Source of the DNA: Minisyncoccia bacterium
GTDB lineage: Bacteria; Patescibacteriota; Minisyncoccia; Phycocordibacterales; UBA918
DNA length: 64,000 nt
Direction: 5' to 3'
Assembly: GCA_041738755.1 (NCBI GenBank)
Contig: JBGSPE010000011.1
Span: 6,658 to 70,657, forward strand
A program made the position numbers and the translations under genes. Under the pieces are notes generated by a model that had not been told where the DNA came from, made no database searches, and worked only from the letters and a program-made list of their open reading frames with translations. Shown piece after piece: positions 28,372-37,527 of the stretch. Position 1 is the stretch's first letter. Every line of letters begins with the position of its first letter.

Positions 28372-30045
28372 TTATTGTAATTTCGTGATGAGTTCAGTGA
28401 TGGCAACTCGCTCTTGCTCTCCGGTATCACGATGTCGAATGGTAACCGTGTCCAAAAGTTCTGGAGCATCTTGGCCAAGCGTTTCAAAATCAATTACCAC
28501 GCAGTACGGTGTACCGATTTCATCTTGGCGACGATACCGCTTGCCCACATTGCTGTTATCGTCCCAAATGACGTTACCAAACTCTTTCTTTAACATCATG
28601 AAGACTTCCCTGGCTTTCGCAACCAGCTCTGGCTTATTCTTTAGAAGCGGTGAAACCGCTACCCGGTACGGGGCCAAGTGGCTAGGTAACTTCAAGTAGG
28701 TACGGATTTCGCCGTTCATTTCATCTTCTGTATAGGCTTCGCAGAGGACTGCCGTAAAAGCTCGACCAACTCCGAACGATGGCTCCAGGACATGTGGAAT
28801 AAATGGTGCACCTTCAGCCGGTACGTACCGCATTTTTGTACCACTGGCTTCTTCGTGACTCTTAAGGTCATGATCAGTCCGGTAGGCAAATCCCGCCAAC
28901 TCATCAAAGCCCTTCCCTGGATAATTATATTCAAAATCAATTGTCCGCTTACTGTAGTGAGCGAGGTCGTTTTCTGGTACTTCGTACTCACGAATATTGT
29001 CCGGAGACAAACCAAGATGGTTATGCCAAGCAATAATATCCTGTCGAAGTTTTTCAAATTCAGCTTCCCACTCACTTTCGTTTACGAAATATTCAATTTC
29101 CATTTGTTCAAATTCTCGAACGCGGAAAAGAAATTCACGTGGAGCGATTTCGTTCCGAAAGGCCTTCCCTATCTGAGCAATCCCAAATGGTATTTTGGGT
29201 GACATTGAATCAACAACGTTTTTGAAGTTTACAAAAATCCCCTGAGCTGTTTCTGGTCGAAGGTAAGACTTTATGTCTCCCTGAGCTCCGACTTGGGTCT
29301 CAAACATTAAGTTGAAATCTTTTGGTGCAGTCCATGCTTTTTTACCACAATTTTTTGTTTTACAAGTAACTAAATGTCTCAAATAGTGATAAACGGCTGG
29401 TTGATGGAAATGGCTAAAATCAGATAAGAATTTATTCAGTACTTGTTCAAAATTATGAGTCGGATGTACCTGGTTCTCAATAATTAAGTCGAAATCAACA
29501 TCAAGGTCTCTAAATAAATCGACCATCATTTTGCTAAAAAATAATTTAAAATTATTTTGTTCAGCAATATCATATGATGTTTTTTCGATATATCCCCCAT
29601 ATATACCTAGCTGCATGTCTTCGTTATATCCAATGAACGAATCGAGTGAACTTAGAGATTGAAAAAATTCTTTAAATTGAGATTGTATTTCCGATTGTAT
29701 CTCTTGTAATTTTTTCTCATCTTCAATTAAATGATCGGCACGATATCTAGTATTACAATTCTGACAGATAACTATAGGGTCAGAAAATCCAGCCCCCGTA
29801 TGTCCACTCGCTTCCCAGACTTTCTCATTCATTAAAATTGCCGCATCAAGTCCATACATATCTTCGCGACCATCAACAAACAATTTCCACCACTCGCTCT
29901 TAATTCGGTTATTGAGCGCTACGCCAAGGGGACCTAGGTCCCAGGTACCTTTCAGTCCTCCGTAGATTTCACTCCCTTGGAATACAAATCCCCGCCTTTT
30001 ACAAAGGGATACAATCTTCTCCATCTTATCGTCGTGTGTGCTCAT
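28372..30045 (-). CDS. glyQS: glycyl-tRNA synthetase (alpha2 dimeric type)
   Basis: N-terminus RRGFVFQGSEIYGG..GTWD.GPLG, class II motifs, and a Cys-containing insertion. 557 aa. Confidence 0.9.
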   Translation of the reverse strand: MSTHDDKMEKIVSLCKRRGFVFQGSEIYGGLKGTWDLGPLGVALNNRIKSEWWKLFVDGREDMYGLDAAILMNEKVWEASGHTGAGFSDPIVICQNCNTRYRADHLIEDEKKLQEIQSEIQSQFKEFFQSLSSLDSFIGYNEDMQLGIYGGYIEKTSYDIAEQNNFKLFFSKMMVDLFRDLDVDFDLIIENQVHPTHNFEQVLNKFLSDFSHFHQPAVYHYLRHLVTCKTKNCGKKAWTAPKDFNLMFETQVGAQGDIKSYLRPETAQGIFVNFKNVVDSMSPKIPFGIAQIGKAFRNEIAPREFLFRVREFEQMEIEYFVNESEWEAEFEKLRQDIIAWHNHLGLSPDNIREYEVPENDLAHYSKRTIDFEYNYPGKGFDELAGFAYRTDHDLKSHEEASGTKMRYVPAEGAPFIPHVLEPSFGVGRAFTAVLCEAYTEDEMNGEIRTYLKLPSHLAPYRVAVSPLLKNKPELVAKAREVFMMLKKEFGNVIWDDNSNVGKRYRRQDEIGTPYCVVIDFETLGQDAPELLDTVTIRHRDTGEQERVAITELITKLQ

Positions 30046-30056
30046 GGGATTATAGG

Positions 30057-31973
30057 TTAGGGTTGAATCGTACCATTTCCTCTTTCAAAACCATACTCAG
30101 TAGACAGCTCGGTGGTGACCTGTCCGCCAATGGCGTTGAGTTCTGAATTGGTGAAGCGGTCCGTGGCGGTTAGGGTTTGCTGATTAACCAATACTGGAGT
30201 TATACCAACTTGTGAGGAGCTTGGCAAAAGTGAGACCGAAAATACGAGTTCTTTCGTTCGTCCGGTCTCGATATTGCCCGCTTGCCAGGTGATTTCTTTG
30301 GTCACAGGGTTGTAGTCTACCGTTCCATCACCAGTGTACTGATTGGTCCACTCGACATACACCGGTAAGGTAGTTTTGACGACGGTATTGGTCAAATCAT
30401 TTACTCCGGCTCTGGCAACCAGGTTGGCTTGGTAGACGGTAGCTTGTCCCACTTTGGGAGGGACTACCCCTGTTCCTAAATTCATCTGCGTTGCCACCTG
30501 CGCAATTGATGTGTAGCGGGCTTCTGCACGCACCGTACCCAAGAGTTGTTCTTGAGCACTACTTTGAGCCAGTCTCCTCGCATACACATTGACCAACAAC
30601 TCGAAGGACGCGGCATTTTTCGGTGCTAGTGGTGTTACTGAAAAATCTAACGTCCTTGTTTGCCCTGGTCTCACTTCTCTGAAGTCAGGGTTGTTACTTG
30701 GCTCAAAGCGAACAACACCTCGATTGGAATCGTAAAATCCACTTGAGGTATTTAATGATGATTCATTCAAAATATTTCCTCCCGGCACCACTTCTACCAC
30801 CATGTCGTAGACCGTTTCATCAAGTGTATTGGTGACAAAAATTTGTGCTCGGCCATTCTCCCCTTCTTCAATAACGACGACAGGGTCTTGCGACTGATTA
30901 ATCTCGACCCGGACATCAATGAACGGTCGTTCAATGGTATATTCGAAACTCGCAATCGCTAATGTTGAACCAACAATGAATTGATTATCCGGCCGAGCTG
31001 GTCCGGCATCTAGATTGATAACAAAGCGCTCATTGGCCTGACCACTCGGAACGCCCTTGATAGTAATCGTGACGTTTTGCTCAGGTAGAAGCTCATCAAT
31101 TCGCCACACGTTTTCATTAAAGACTGGTGCTGGGGTAGATTCCGAAAAGCTAAAGCCATTAGGATACTTCGCACTCACCAAAATATTTTTAAGCGGAGCG
31201 CTAGCGTTTGATTTGGCCCTGACCGTGATATCCATAGTTTGTCCTGAGGCGACTTTTTGAACTGAAGTCACCTCAAGCACCAGCGGCGAGGAAGTGATTT
31301 GCATCCGGTATGGTTCAGCCTCTTTGAAGAACATACCGTTTGAACCTACCATCCGATACTCAATCGTGGCAGTGATTTGTTTCTCTTCGTTTTCTTGCCC
31401 AAAGACTGCTACCTGCACAGGGATATTTTTGGCTTCACCAGGAGCGAGACCTTGTAAAGGGATACGTTGCTCAAAGAGGTTTTCAATTGGCTCAACAACA
31501 CTTCTCGTACCGGCTGGATATCGAATCACGAGCGTTGCCGTTTCAATTGCAACTGTATTTTGATTAGTGACACCAAACTGAAGTGACACGGTATCACCCC
31601 CGGCCAATGTACTAGGACCACTGATGTTAATGCTAATATTGTCGCTCGAAATAGCACTCCCACCCATCAACATGTACAAACTAGAAAATAGAGCGACGAC
31701 AGCAAAAATACCTAGACTACCAAGGAGAACATACTTGCGAACCTGACTTCGCTTGGTTGGTAGTTCTGATTGAGCTTCGGTATTAGCTGTTTCAACCTGA
31801 ACCAGGTTGGGGGTGGCTTCGGGATTACTTGGCGTATTCCAATTTCGTGCTACGTCGACATGCCTATCTGTAAGACTGTGTCGCTCTGCTATATTTCCCG
31901 CTGAACCACGAGCATAGAGTCGCTCGCGCACCGCATCGATATGTTCTTGATCACGCAAATCACTCATAGACAT
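30057..31973 (-). CDS. hypothetical membrane-anchored protein with a large beta-rich extracellular region
   Basis: 638 aa with a cytoplasmic N-terminus, one TM helix (YVLLGSLGIFAVVALFSSLYMLM), then Thr/Val/Asn-rich repeats suggestive of Ig-like domains. Confidence 0.45.
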   Translation of the reverse strand: MSMSDLRDQEHIDAVRERLYARGSAGNIAERHSLTDRHVDVARNWNTPSNPEATPNLVQVETANTEAQSELPTKRSQVRKYVLLGSLGIFAVVALFSSLYMLMGGSAISSDNISINISGPSTLAGGDTVSLQFGVTNQNTVAIETATLVIRYPAGTRSVVEPIENLFEQRIPLQGLAPGEAKNIPVQVAVFGQENEEKQITATIEYRMVGSNGMFFKEAEPYRMQITSSPLVLEVTSVQKVASGQTMDITVRAKSNASAPLKNILVSAKYPNGFSFSESTPAPVFNENVWRIDELLPEQNVTITIKGVPSGQANERFVINLDAGPARPDNQFIVGSTLAIASFEYTIERPFIDVRVEINQSQDPVVVIEEGENGRAQIFVTNTLDETVYDMVVEVVPGGNILNESSLNTSSGFYDSNRGVVRFEPSNNPDFREVRPGQTRTLDFSVTPLAPKNAASFELLVNVYARRLAQSSAQEQLLGTVRAEARYTSIAQVATQMNLGTGVVPPKVGQATVYQANLVARAGVNDLTNTVVKTTLPVYVEWTNQYTGDGTVDYNPVTKEITWQAGNIETGRTKELVFSVSLLPSSSQVGITPVLVNQQTLTATDRFTNSELNAIGGQVTTELSTEYGFERGNGTIQP

Positions 31974-31990
31974 ATTTAGTATACCATTGA

Positions 31991-32569
31991 CTACAAATGA
32001 CTGGTTGAAACCGCTAGAGCAATCAGTTTATCAAGAACAGGCTCCAAACTTGTATCATGAATGAGCGCGATAGTAGCAGGTGAAACATCTTTGATTTCAT
32101 TCGGCACCAAGACTGAGTCAACGTAGCCCAAATCAGTGAGGATTTTTACCTGTAGTGACTTTTCGACCATTCCTCGGTGTGTCAGTTCACCTGACAGTAT
32201 TTGTAGTGATTCATAAATAAAATCAAACAACTGAGGAGTCGGTTCTTCACCAGAAAAGAACCGTCGCAGGACTCGAAACATACTTACAATACTGCCTCGA
32301 CTAGCTTTGTCCGTAGCTAGCGTGTAGAAATTTGTTTCAGCTTCAACACTGCCAATTTTCCAACCACTTTTACCGCGGACCAAAGACACTCGTATGTATG
32401 AGAAGTCCTGCATCGCAAACCGCTGCTTGCTTCGTTCTTCACGAATACTGCGCGCATCAGCAAAAAGCATCCCCGCTTCCCGGGTAAAGAGTAAGTAGGA
32501 ACGGTCTGCAGTATTGCGATTAAACGTACCGCAGACGAGAGCGTGCGTAATGTACGTCTGGTACGACAT
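31991..32569 (-). CDS. recO: DNA repair protein RecO
   Basis: 192 aa with an N-terminal OB-fold pattern (YITHALVCGTFNRNTADRSYLLFTREAGM) and RecO-like length and architecture. The family assignment comes from motif resemblance only. Confidence 0.5.
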   Translation of the reverse strand: MSYQTYITHALVCGTFNRNTADRSYLLFTREAGMLFADARSIREERSKQRFAMQDFSYIRVSLVRGKSGWKIGSVEAETNFYTLATDKASRGSIVSMFRVLRRFFSGEEPTPQLFDFIYESLQILSGELTHRGMVEKSLQVKILTDLGYVDSVLVPNEIKDVSPATIALIHDTSLEPVLDKLIALAVSTSHL

Positions 32570-35500
32570 TAGACTTTTTTAATAGTAAAGATGAATTGCT
32601 CAGTATCGGTAGCGACTACTTCTCCGTCAGTGTCAGCGAAGCTAAGCTCGACCGCACCAACCGTCTTCGTAAGGAGAGATGCGAAGCTTTCAATGTTGGC
32701 CCGGCCAGCATCGGTCGCTTGCACCGTGAGGATAATCTGGTCCTGTGGGGCCAGACCTTCAGCCTTTCGTCTTCCCTGCACTGCTCGCATGAGTTCGCGT
32801 ACATTTCCTTCCGCAATAAGTTCTGGAGTAAGGGTGGTATCAATCATTACACCTTCTCCCACGATATAGTCTTTAGCGTTTAGTTCGTCGAGAATGATTG
32901 ATTGCATGGCGTCACTAATCTGAGGTCCAGTAACACTTGCAATTGGCTGTCGTACTTTAATATTTGATTTTGTTCGAGCTTCAAGTGCTGCAGTTACAAT
33001 TTCACGAGTAGCTACCATATCTACAATTATCTCCATTGGAACATCGGCAACTTCAGGCCATCGGCCGAGATGGACACTTTCTCCATCAGTCTCCTCTTTC
33101 ACCGCTTGGAAGAGGAACTCGGCATAAAATGGCATGGCCGGCGCCATCACGAGTGCTGTAGTGCGAAGGACATACCGAAGTGTTGAGAGTGCATGTGTCT
33201 TATCAGCTTCATTGTCTCCCTTAAAGCGGTCGCGAGAGCGACGCAAGTACCAAACCGAAAGATCATCAATAAACTCAGTCAGTGGTCTCGTCGCTTTATC
33301 AAACTCATAGTTTTCGTAACCAGCAGTTGTGGTATTCACGAGCTCTTGTAGTCGCGCCAAAATCCACCGATCCAGAACATGAGTTGAGTGGGCACTTCCC
33401 TTTGTACCATCAGCAAACATTTCATACATCTGGAGGACATTATGAAGTCGACCAATATTCTTCCGCTGCAACTCAAGTACTTCCTTACCTGAGAAATTAA
33501 GGTCTTCTCCCCGAACAACCGGTGAAGAGAGGAGGTACATTCTCATCGCATCAGCTCCAGCTTGATTAGCGAGTTCCATCGGGTCAGGATAGTTCTTGAG
33601 TGACTTACTCATCTTCTTCCCGTCCTCAGCCAACACGAGACCGTTTACTGCTACGTTTTTAAACGGACTCGTACCAAACAAGGCCACACCGAGTACCATC
33701 AGTGAGTAAAACCACCCTCGGGTTTGATCAAGTCCCTCAGCGATAAATTCAGCTGGGAATCTTGATTCCAAGAAACGTTCTTTATCTTTAAAGGGATAGT
33801 GATGTTGCCCATACGGCATTGAGCCACTTTCAAACCAACAATCAAATACATCTGGTACGCGCTCTAACTGTGTATCATTTTCAAACAAGATAACGTCATC
33901 GATATATGGTCGATGGAGGTCGAGCTCATACAAGTCATTGTGTGGTAGTGGTGTGAAGTTGAGCGTTCGCACCTCGGCGTTTTTGATATACGTCTTGAAG
34001 GGGTCAAGACATGCCTCTGTCGCAAAACCATTGACCACACACTCAAGCATGGTAAGCGGGTCACCGTGGGACACAATCAATATCTTTTTACCTTGATAGG
34101 TCTTCTCAATATCGTAGAGAAATTCCCCCATTCGCACCTTTACCTCATTGAGGGATTCAAGGCCAGCCACTGACTTCGTAAATTCTTCAAGTGGGTTTGC
34201 GTAATGTTGGATTTTTTCTTGATTTGGCTTGCCTTCGAGCTCACCCATCCCAGACTCTCGAATACGAGCATCTTCAATCAAGACAGAATCAGGTAAACCA
34301 AGCAACTCCGCAACCATGGCAGCAGTCGTTTTTGCTCGCGGCAACGGTGAATAAAAAATATAATCAATGTCAGACGGAAGACTTGCGACCGCATCTTTGA
34401 TTTGTTCCATTCCCTTTTCAGTCACCGGGTTGTCTTTAGTGGCGTCACCGTTGAGGAAGCCTTCAACATTTGAGCGGGCTTCAGCGTGACGCATCACGAG
34501 ATACTCATTACCACTTTTTGGTACATACGTCTTCAACTCATCGACTGAACCAATGACTACAAACGACTGTAACTCAGGATTTCGCCAGACCGGAAGTGGT
34601 GCCCCCCAGTATCGTTGCCGTGATACCGCCCAGTCTCGAGCGCCCTCAAGCCACTTTCCAAAGCGGTTGGTTCCGACGTGTTCCGGTACCCACTTCACTT
34701 CAGCATTAGCCTTTAGTAAGTCATCTTTGATTTTTGGTACGTTCACAAACCACGACGTAGTCGCGTAGTTTAGAAGTGGTGTCTCACACCGCCAACAGTG
34801 CGGGTAGCTGTGTGAAATATTTTCTTTCTTGAAAATCTTCCCGACTTTTTGCAGGGCTCGTAAGACTTCAATATCAGTGTCTTTGTGATCCACCCCAGCC
34901 CCTTCATCATCTTTTGGCTTTACCAACCGACCAGCAAACTCCGTTATAAATGACTTGAAGTGTCCTGCCTCATCAACATGGTGAAAGATTGGGACGCCGT
35001 GCTCTTGTGCGAGCTTCATGTCGTCGTCACCATACGCTGGCGCAATATGCACCGCACCAGTACCGTCCTCTCCTACTTCAACATAATCAGCGTGGCGAAT
35101 AACCCAACCATTCTTTGCTCCTTCAAGCTGTTGCTCCTCTATGTAGGTAAATGGTGGCTGATAGCGGGTACCGACCAGACTACTTCCCATCAACTCTTCA
35201 ACTACTTCGTGAGCAAGATCACCCAGTTGTGCAAGCCGTCCTTTAGCTAAGATGAAATACTCGTTCTCAATCTTTACCTTTACATACGTAATTTCGTTAT
35301 GGACCGCGGCAGCGATATTCCCTGGTAGTGTCCATGGGGTCGTGGTCCAAACCAAAAGGCTCGTATCAGTGACACTCCCTCCCTCATCCAACAGTGGCAG
35401 CTTCACGGTAACGGCAATATCTTTAATATCTTTGTAGCCTTGATTCACCTCAAAGTTTGAGAGGGTTGTTCCGCAACGTGGACACAGGTGCATACTTTTG

Positions 35501-36072
35501 AAACCTTCAAACACGAGACCTTTCTCATGGAGTGACTTAAATACCGACCACACACTTTCGGTGTAGCTACTGTCCATGGTCTTGTAGTCGTTCTGCATAT
35601 CAACAAACCGTCCCATCCGAGGGATAATTTCTCGCCAATCATCAGCGTAGCGTAAAACTGCACCGCGAGCACGTTCATTAAAATTCTTGACGCCATAGGC
35701 TTCAATATCACGCTTGGTTCCTAGTCCCAATTCTTTTTCAATCAGGTTCTCAAGCGGTAGTCCGTGACAATCCCACCCCCACTTCCGTTCCACTCGATAC
35801 CCATTCATGGTCTTGTACCGAGGAATCGCATCCTTCATCGTCCCGGCTAAAATATGCCCATAGTGAGGCAACCCGGTCGCAAACGGCGGACCATCATAAA
35901 AAACAAACTCGCCCTTGGGCTCCACTCCAGCTGGAGTAGCCACTGTTTTATTAAAAATATCGTTATCCTGCCAAAATTGTAGTATCGCCTCTTCACGCTG
36001 TGCGACATCGCTTTTGGGGACTTCGTTTAATACTTCTACCGTGTCGTTTTCACGACCTTTCATTAGACTCAT
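32569..36072 (-). CDS. ileS: isoleucyl-tRNA synthetase with an inserted histidine-phosphatase (PGAM-like) domain
   Basis: HIGH region PPFATGLPHYGHIL, WCISRQ-like WAVSRQRYWG, DLHRPYID, and KMSKS = KMSKSLKN. An extra domain of about 170-190 aa between PLPVW and DLHRPYID carries the RHAEARS, SPLPRAKTTA and IVSHGDPL motifs. Confidence 0.9.
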   Translation of the reverse strand: MSLMKGRENDTVEVLNEVPKSDVAQREEAILQFWQDNDIFNKTVATPAGVEPKGEFVFYDGPPFATGLPHYGHILAGTMKDAIPRYKTMNGYRVERKWGWDCHGLPLENLIEKELGLGTKRDIEAYGVKNFNERARGAVLRYADDWREIIPRMGRFVDMQNDYKTMDSSYTESVWSVFKSLHEKGLVFEGFKSMHLCPRCGTTLSNFEVNQGYKDIKDIAVTVKLPLLDEGGSVTDTSLLVWTTTPWTLPGNIAAAVHNEITYVKVKIENEYFILAKGRLAQLGDLAHEVVEELMGSSLVGTRYQPPFTYIEEQQLEGAKNGWVIRHADYVEVGEDGTGAVHIAPAYGDDDMKLAQEHGVPIFHHVDEAGHFKSFITEFAGRLVKPKDDEGAGVDHKDTDIEVLRALQKVGKIFKKENISHSYPHCWRCETPLLNYATTSWFVNVPKIKDDLLKANAEVKWVPEHVGTNRFGKWLEGARDWAVSRQRYWGAPLPVWRNPELQSFVVIGSVDELKTYVPKSGNEYLVMRHAEARSNVEGFLNGDATKDNPVTEKGMEQIKDAVASLPSDIDYIFYSPLPRAKTTAAMVAELLGLPDSVLIEDARIRESGMGELEGKPNQEKIQHYANPLEEFTKSVAGLESLNEVKVRMGEFLYDIEKTYQGKKILIVSHGDPLTMLECVVNGFATEACLDPFKTYIKNAEVRTLNFTPLPHNDLYELDLHRPYIDDVILFENDTQLERVPDVFDCWFESGSMPYGQHHYPFKDKERFLESRFPAEFIAEGLDQTRGWFYSLMVLGVALFGTSPFKNVAVNGLVLAEDGKKMSKSLKNYPDPMELANQAGADAMRMYLLSSPVVRGEDLNFSGKEVLELQRKNIGRLHNVLQMYEMFADGTKGSAHSTHVLDRWILARLQELVNTTTAGYENYEFDKATRPLTEFIDDLSVWYLRRSRDRFKGDNEADKTHALSTLRYVLRTTALVMAPAMPFYAEFLFQAVKEETDGESVHLGRWPEVADVPMEIIVDMVATREIVTAALEARTKSNIKVRQPIASVTGPQISDAMQSIILDELNAKDYIVGEGVMIDTTLTPELIAEGNVRELMRAVQGRRKAEGLAPQDQIILTVQATDAGRANIESFASLLTKTVGAVELSFADTDGEVVATDTEQFIFTIKKV

Positions 36073-36190
36073 ATGAAATTAATTATGTATATCAGACATG
36101 TATAAACGTGGCATATCAGGCCACGCTTTTGATAGTAACAAACTCTACCAAAAAGAAAAAGTCGCTGTTATGCGACTTTATTATCCTCTA

Positions 36191-36499
36191 TAAGGAGGGG
36201 TTCAGCTATTGAATGTCTTTCGAGCTTTCGGGAGCGGATTGGTGTCAGACCTCCCCCCTCGGTTAGGAGGGGGTTCAGCTATTGGTCTTGCGGAAGTGAA
36301 AGCAGGAAGAGGAGTGTCAGACCTCCCCCCTCGGTTAGGAGGGGGTTCAGCTATTAGATGTGCGCAAGCGCTGCTTGAAGCGGGAAGTGTCAGACCTCCC
36401 CCCTCGGTTAGGAGGGGGTTCAGCTATAACGTCGCGCCAGTGGTACTTGGTGGTGACAGTGTCAGACCTCCCCCCTCGGTTAGGAGGGGGTTCAGCTAT
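36191..36499 (-). CRISPR. CRISPR array: four 41-nt repeats (GTGTCAGACCTCCCCCCTCGGTTAGGAGGGGGTTCAGCTAT) plus one degenerate terminal repeat; spacers 31-32 nt
   Basis: Exact repeats at 36242-36282, 36314-36354, 36387-36427 and 36459-36499. A degenerate half-repeat lies at 36191-36209. The repeat has an internal 7-bp stem CCCCCTC/GAGGGGG. The minus-strand direction is inferred from the position of the degenerate (trailer) repeat and the cas genes. Confidence 0.85.
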
Positions 36500-36753
36500 A
36501 AGTGAGCGGGTAGGTTTTCCAAGGCTAGCTTGGCATCATCTGTGGGTGCTCATCCCCACAGCGGCGCTGACACGGCGCAAAAATAGAGACTTCACAACCC
36601 TCATTACAAGGGTTTCTGAATGCAATCCAGTTTCTCTACCGGTTGGAACCCTTTATGAGAAAAACATCACTGACTATAACTTTTTGCCAAGTGTTTTTCT
36701 CACTTATTTCAAAGACCAACTCAAGAGAAAATATACACTCCTATCTATTCTTG

Positions 36754-37527
36754 TCAAGTGCAACGAGAGTCGTGCCTCATTGGAAGTAGTGTGGGGGTAA
36801 ATACTTCTTTATGGTTCACCGCTTTTATAAATTTTGTAATCTGGAGATCCATATAATACTCGTAGGTATGACACTGCTTAAAATCACGAAGATAGTGCTT
36901 TTTCTGTAGCTGTTGATTGATTGCATGAAGTAGCTGAACTATATGCTCTTGGGTAAGTTTTTCGATTGGCTTTTTCTTCAAACGCAAAAATCGTAATACC
37001 TCAGTATCTACTACATCCGCTCGAAAAAGTTCAACGAGATCATATACTAGTGGCTTGCTCTTAGCTGTGCGTGGTTTATGCAATAATCCAATCGCGGCTG
37101 TTATGTCTCTTCGTTTAAGATTTTTACTAATCTTAACTGTAAGATGATGGTAGCCAATATCCAGCAGCTGATTTGTGACATCACTTCCTCGTGGTGCTCG
37201 ACTGGTAAACCTAGTCCAGGTTGGCAGTAGCGTACGGTAAACAGACCAAAATTGCTTAGCTGCTCTGGCTTCGTATAGTAAAATGTCTTGCATTGATGTA
37301 GGAGTACCTAGGATTGCAACTTCTCTTGGCATTTTATAGGCAGCCAACAGTGCTGAACGTTGGCGGATTTTGGTCTCAATGAGTACTACAGCACTTTTTA
37401 GTGCTAACGGTGATTGGGAGTATACAGACATCCGAGCTATCCACAAAGCATTTGTCATAGTATTAGCATAACAAAAAGGACGTTCGGTTGATACCGAACG
37501 TCCTTGAGCATTAAAGCAAAGTAGCAC
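36754..37527 (-). CDS. cas1: Cas1-like integrase lacking most of the N-terminal beta domain
   Basis: Cas1 catalytic-domain motifs are present: LYEARAAKQFW, NQLLDIGYHHL, and GLLHKPRTAKSKPLVYDLVELFRADVVD (GxLH...DLxExFR). Only about 30 aa precede the helical domain. The annotated start is a GTG, so the true start may be an internal Met (ARM-SVYS). Confidence 0.65.
   Translation of the reverse strand: MLLCFNAQGRSVSTERPFCYANTMTNALWIARMSVYSQSPLALKSAVVLIETKIRQRSALLAAYKMPREVAILGTPTSMQDILLYEARAAKQFWSVYRTLLPTWTRFTSRAPRGSDVTNQLLDIGYHHLTVKISKNLKRRDITAAIGLLHKPRTAKSKPLVYDLVELFRADVVDTEVLRFLRLKKKPIEKLTQEHIVQLLHAINQQLQKKHYLRDFKQCHTYEYYMDLQITKFIKAVNHKEVFTPTLLPMRHDSRCT

Noticed and set aside
33940-34515. Whether the extra domain in IleRS is an intein
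   Set aside because: There is no Cys/Ser/Thr at the N-terminal junction, no terminal His-Asn, and no endonuclease motifs. The segment instead carries the RHG, SPL.RA and SHG motifs of histidine phosphatases.
36209-36800. Plus-strand ORFs of 98 and 146 aa containing repeated SDLPPRLGGGSAI segments
   Set aside because: These are translations of the CRISPR repeats (GTGTCAGACCTCCCCCCTCGGTTAGGAGGGGG). The periodic peptide repeat is an artifact of the array, not a protein.
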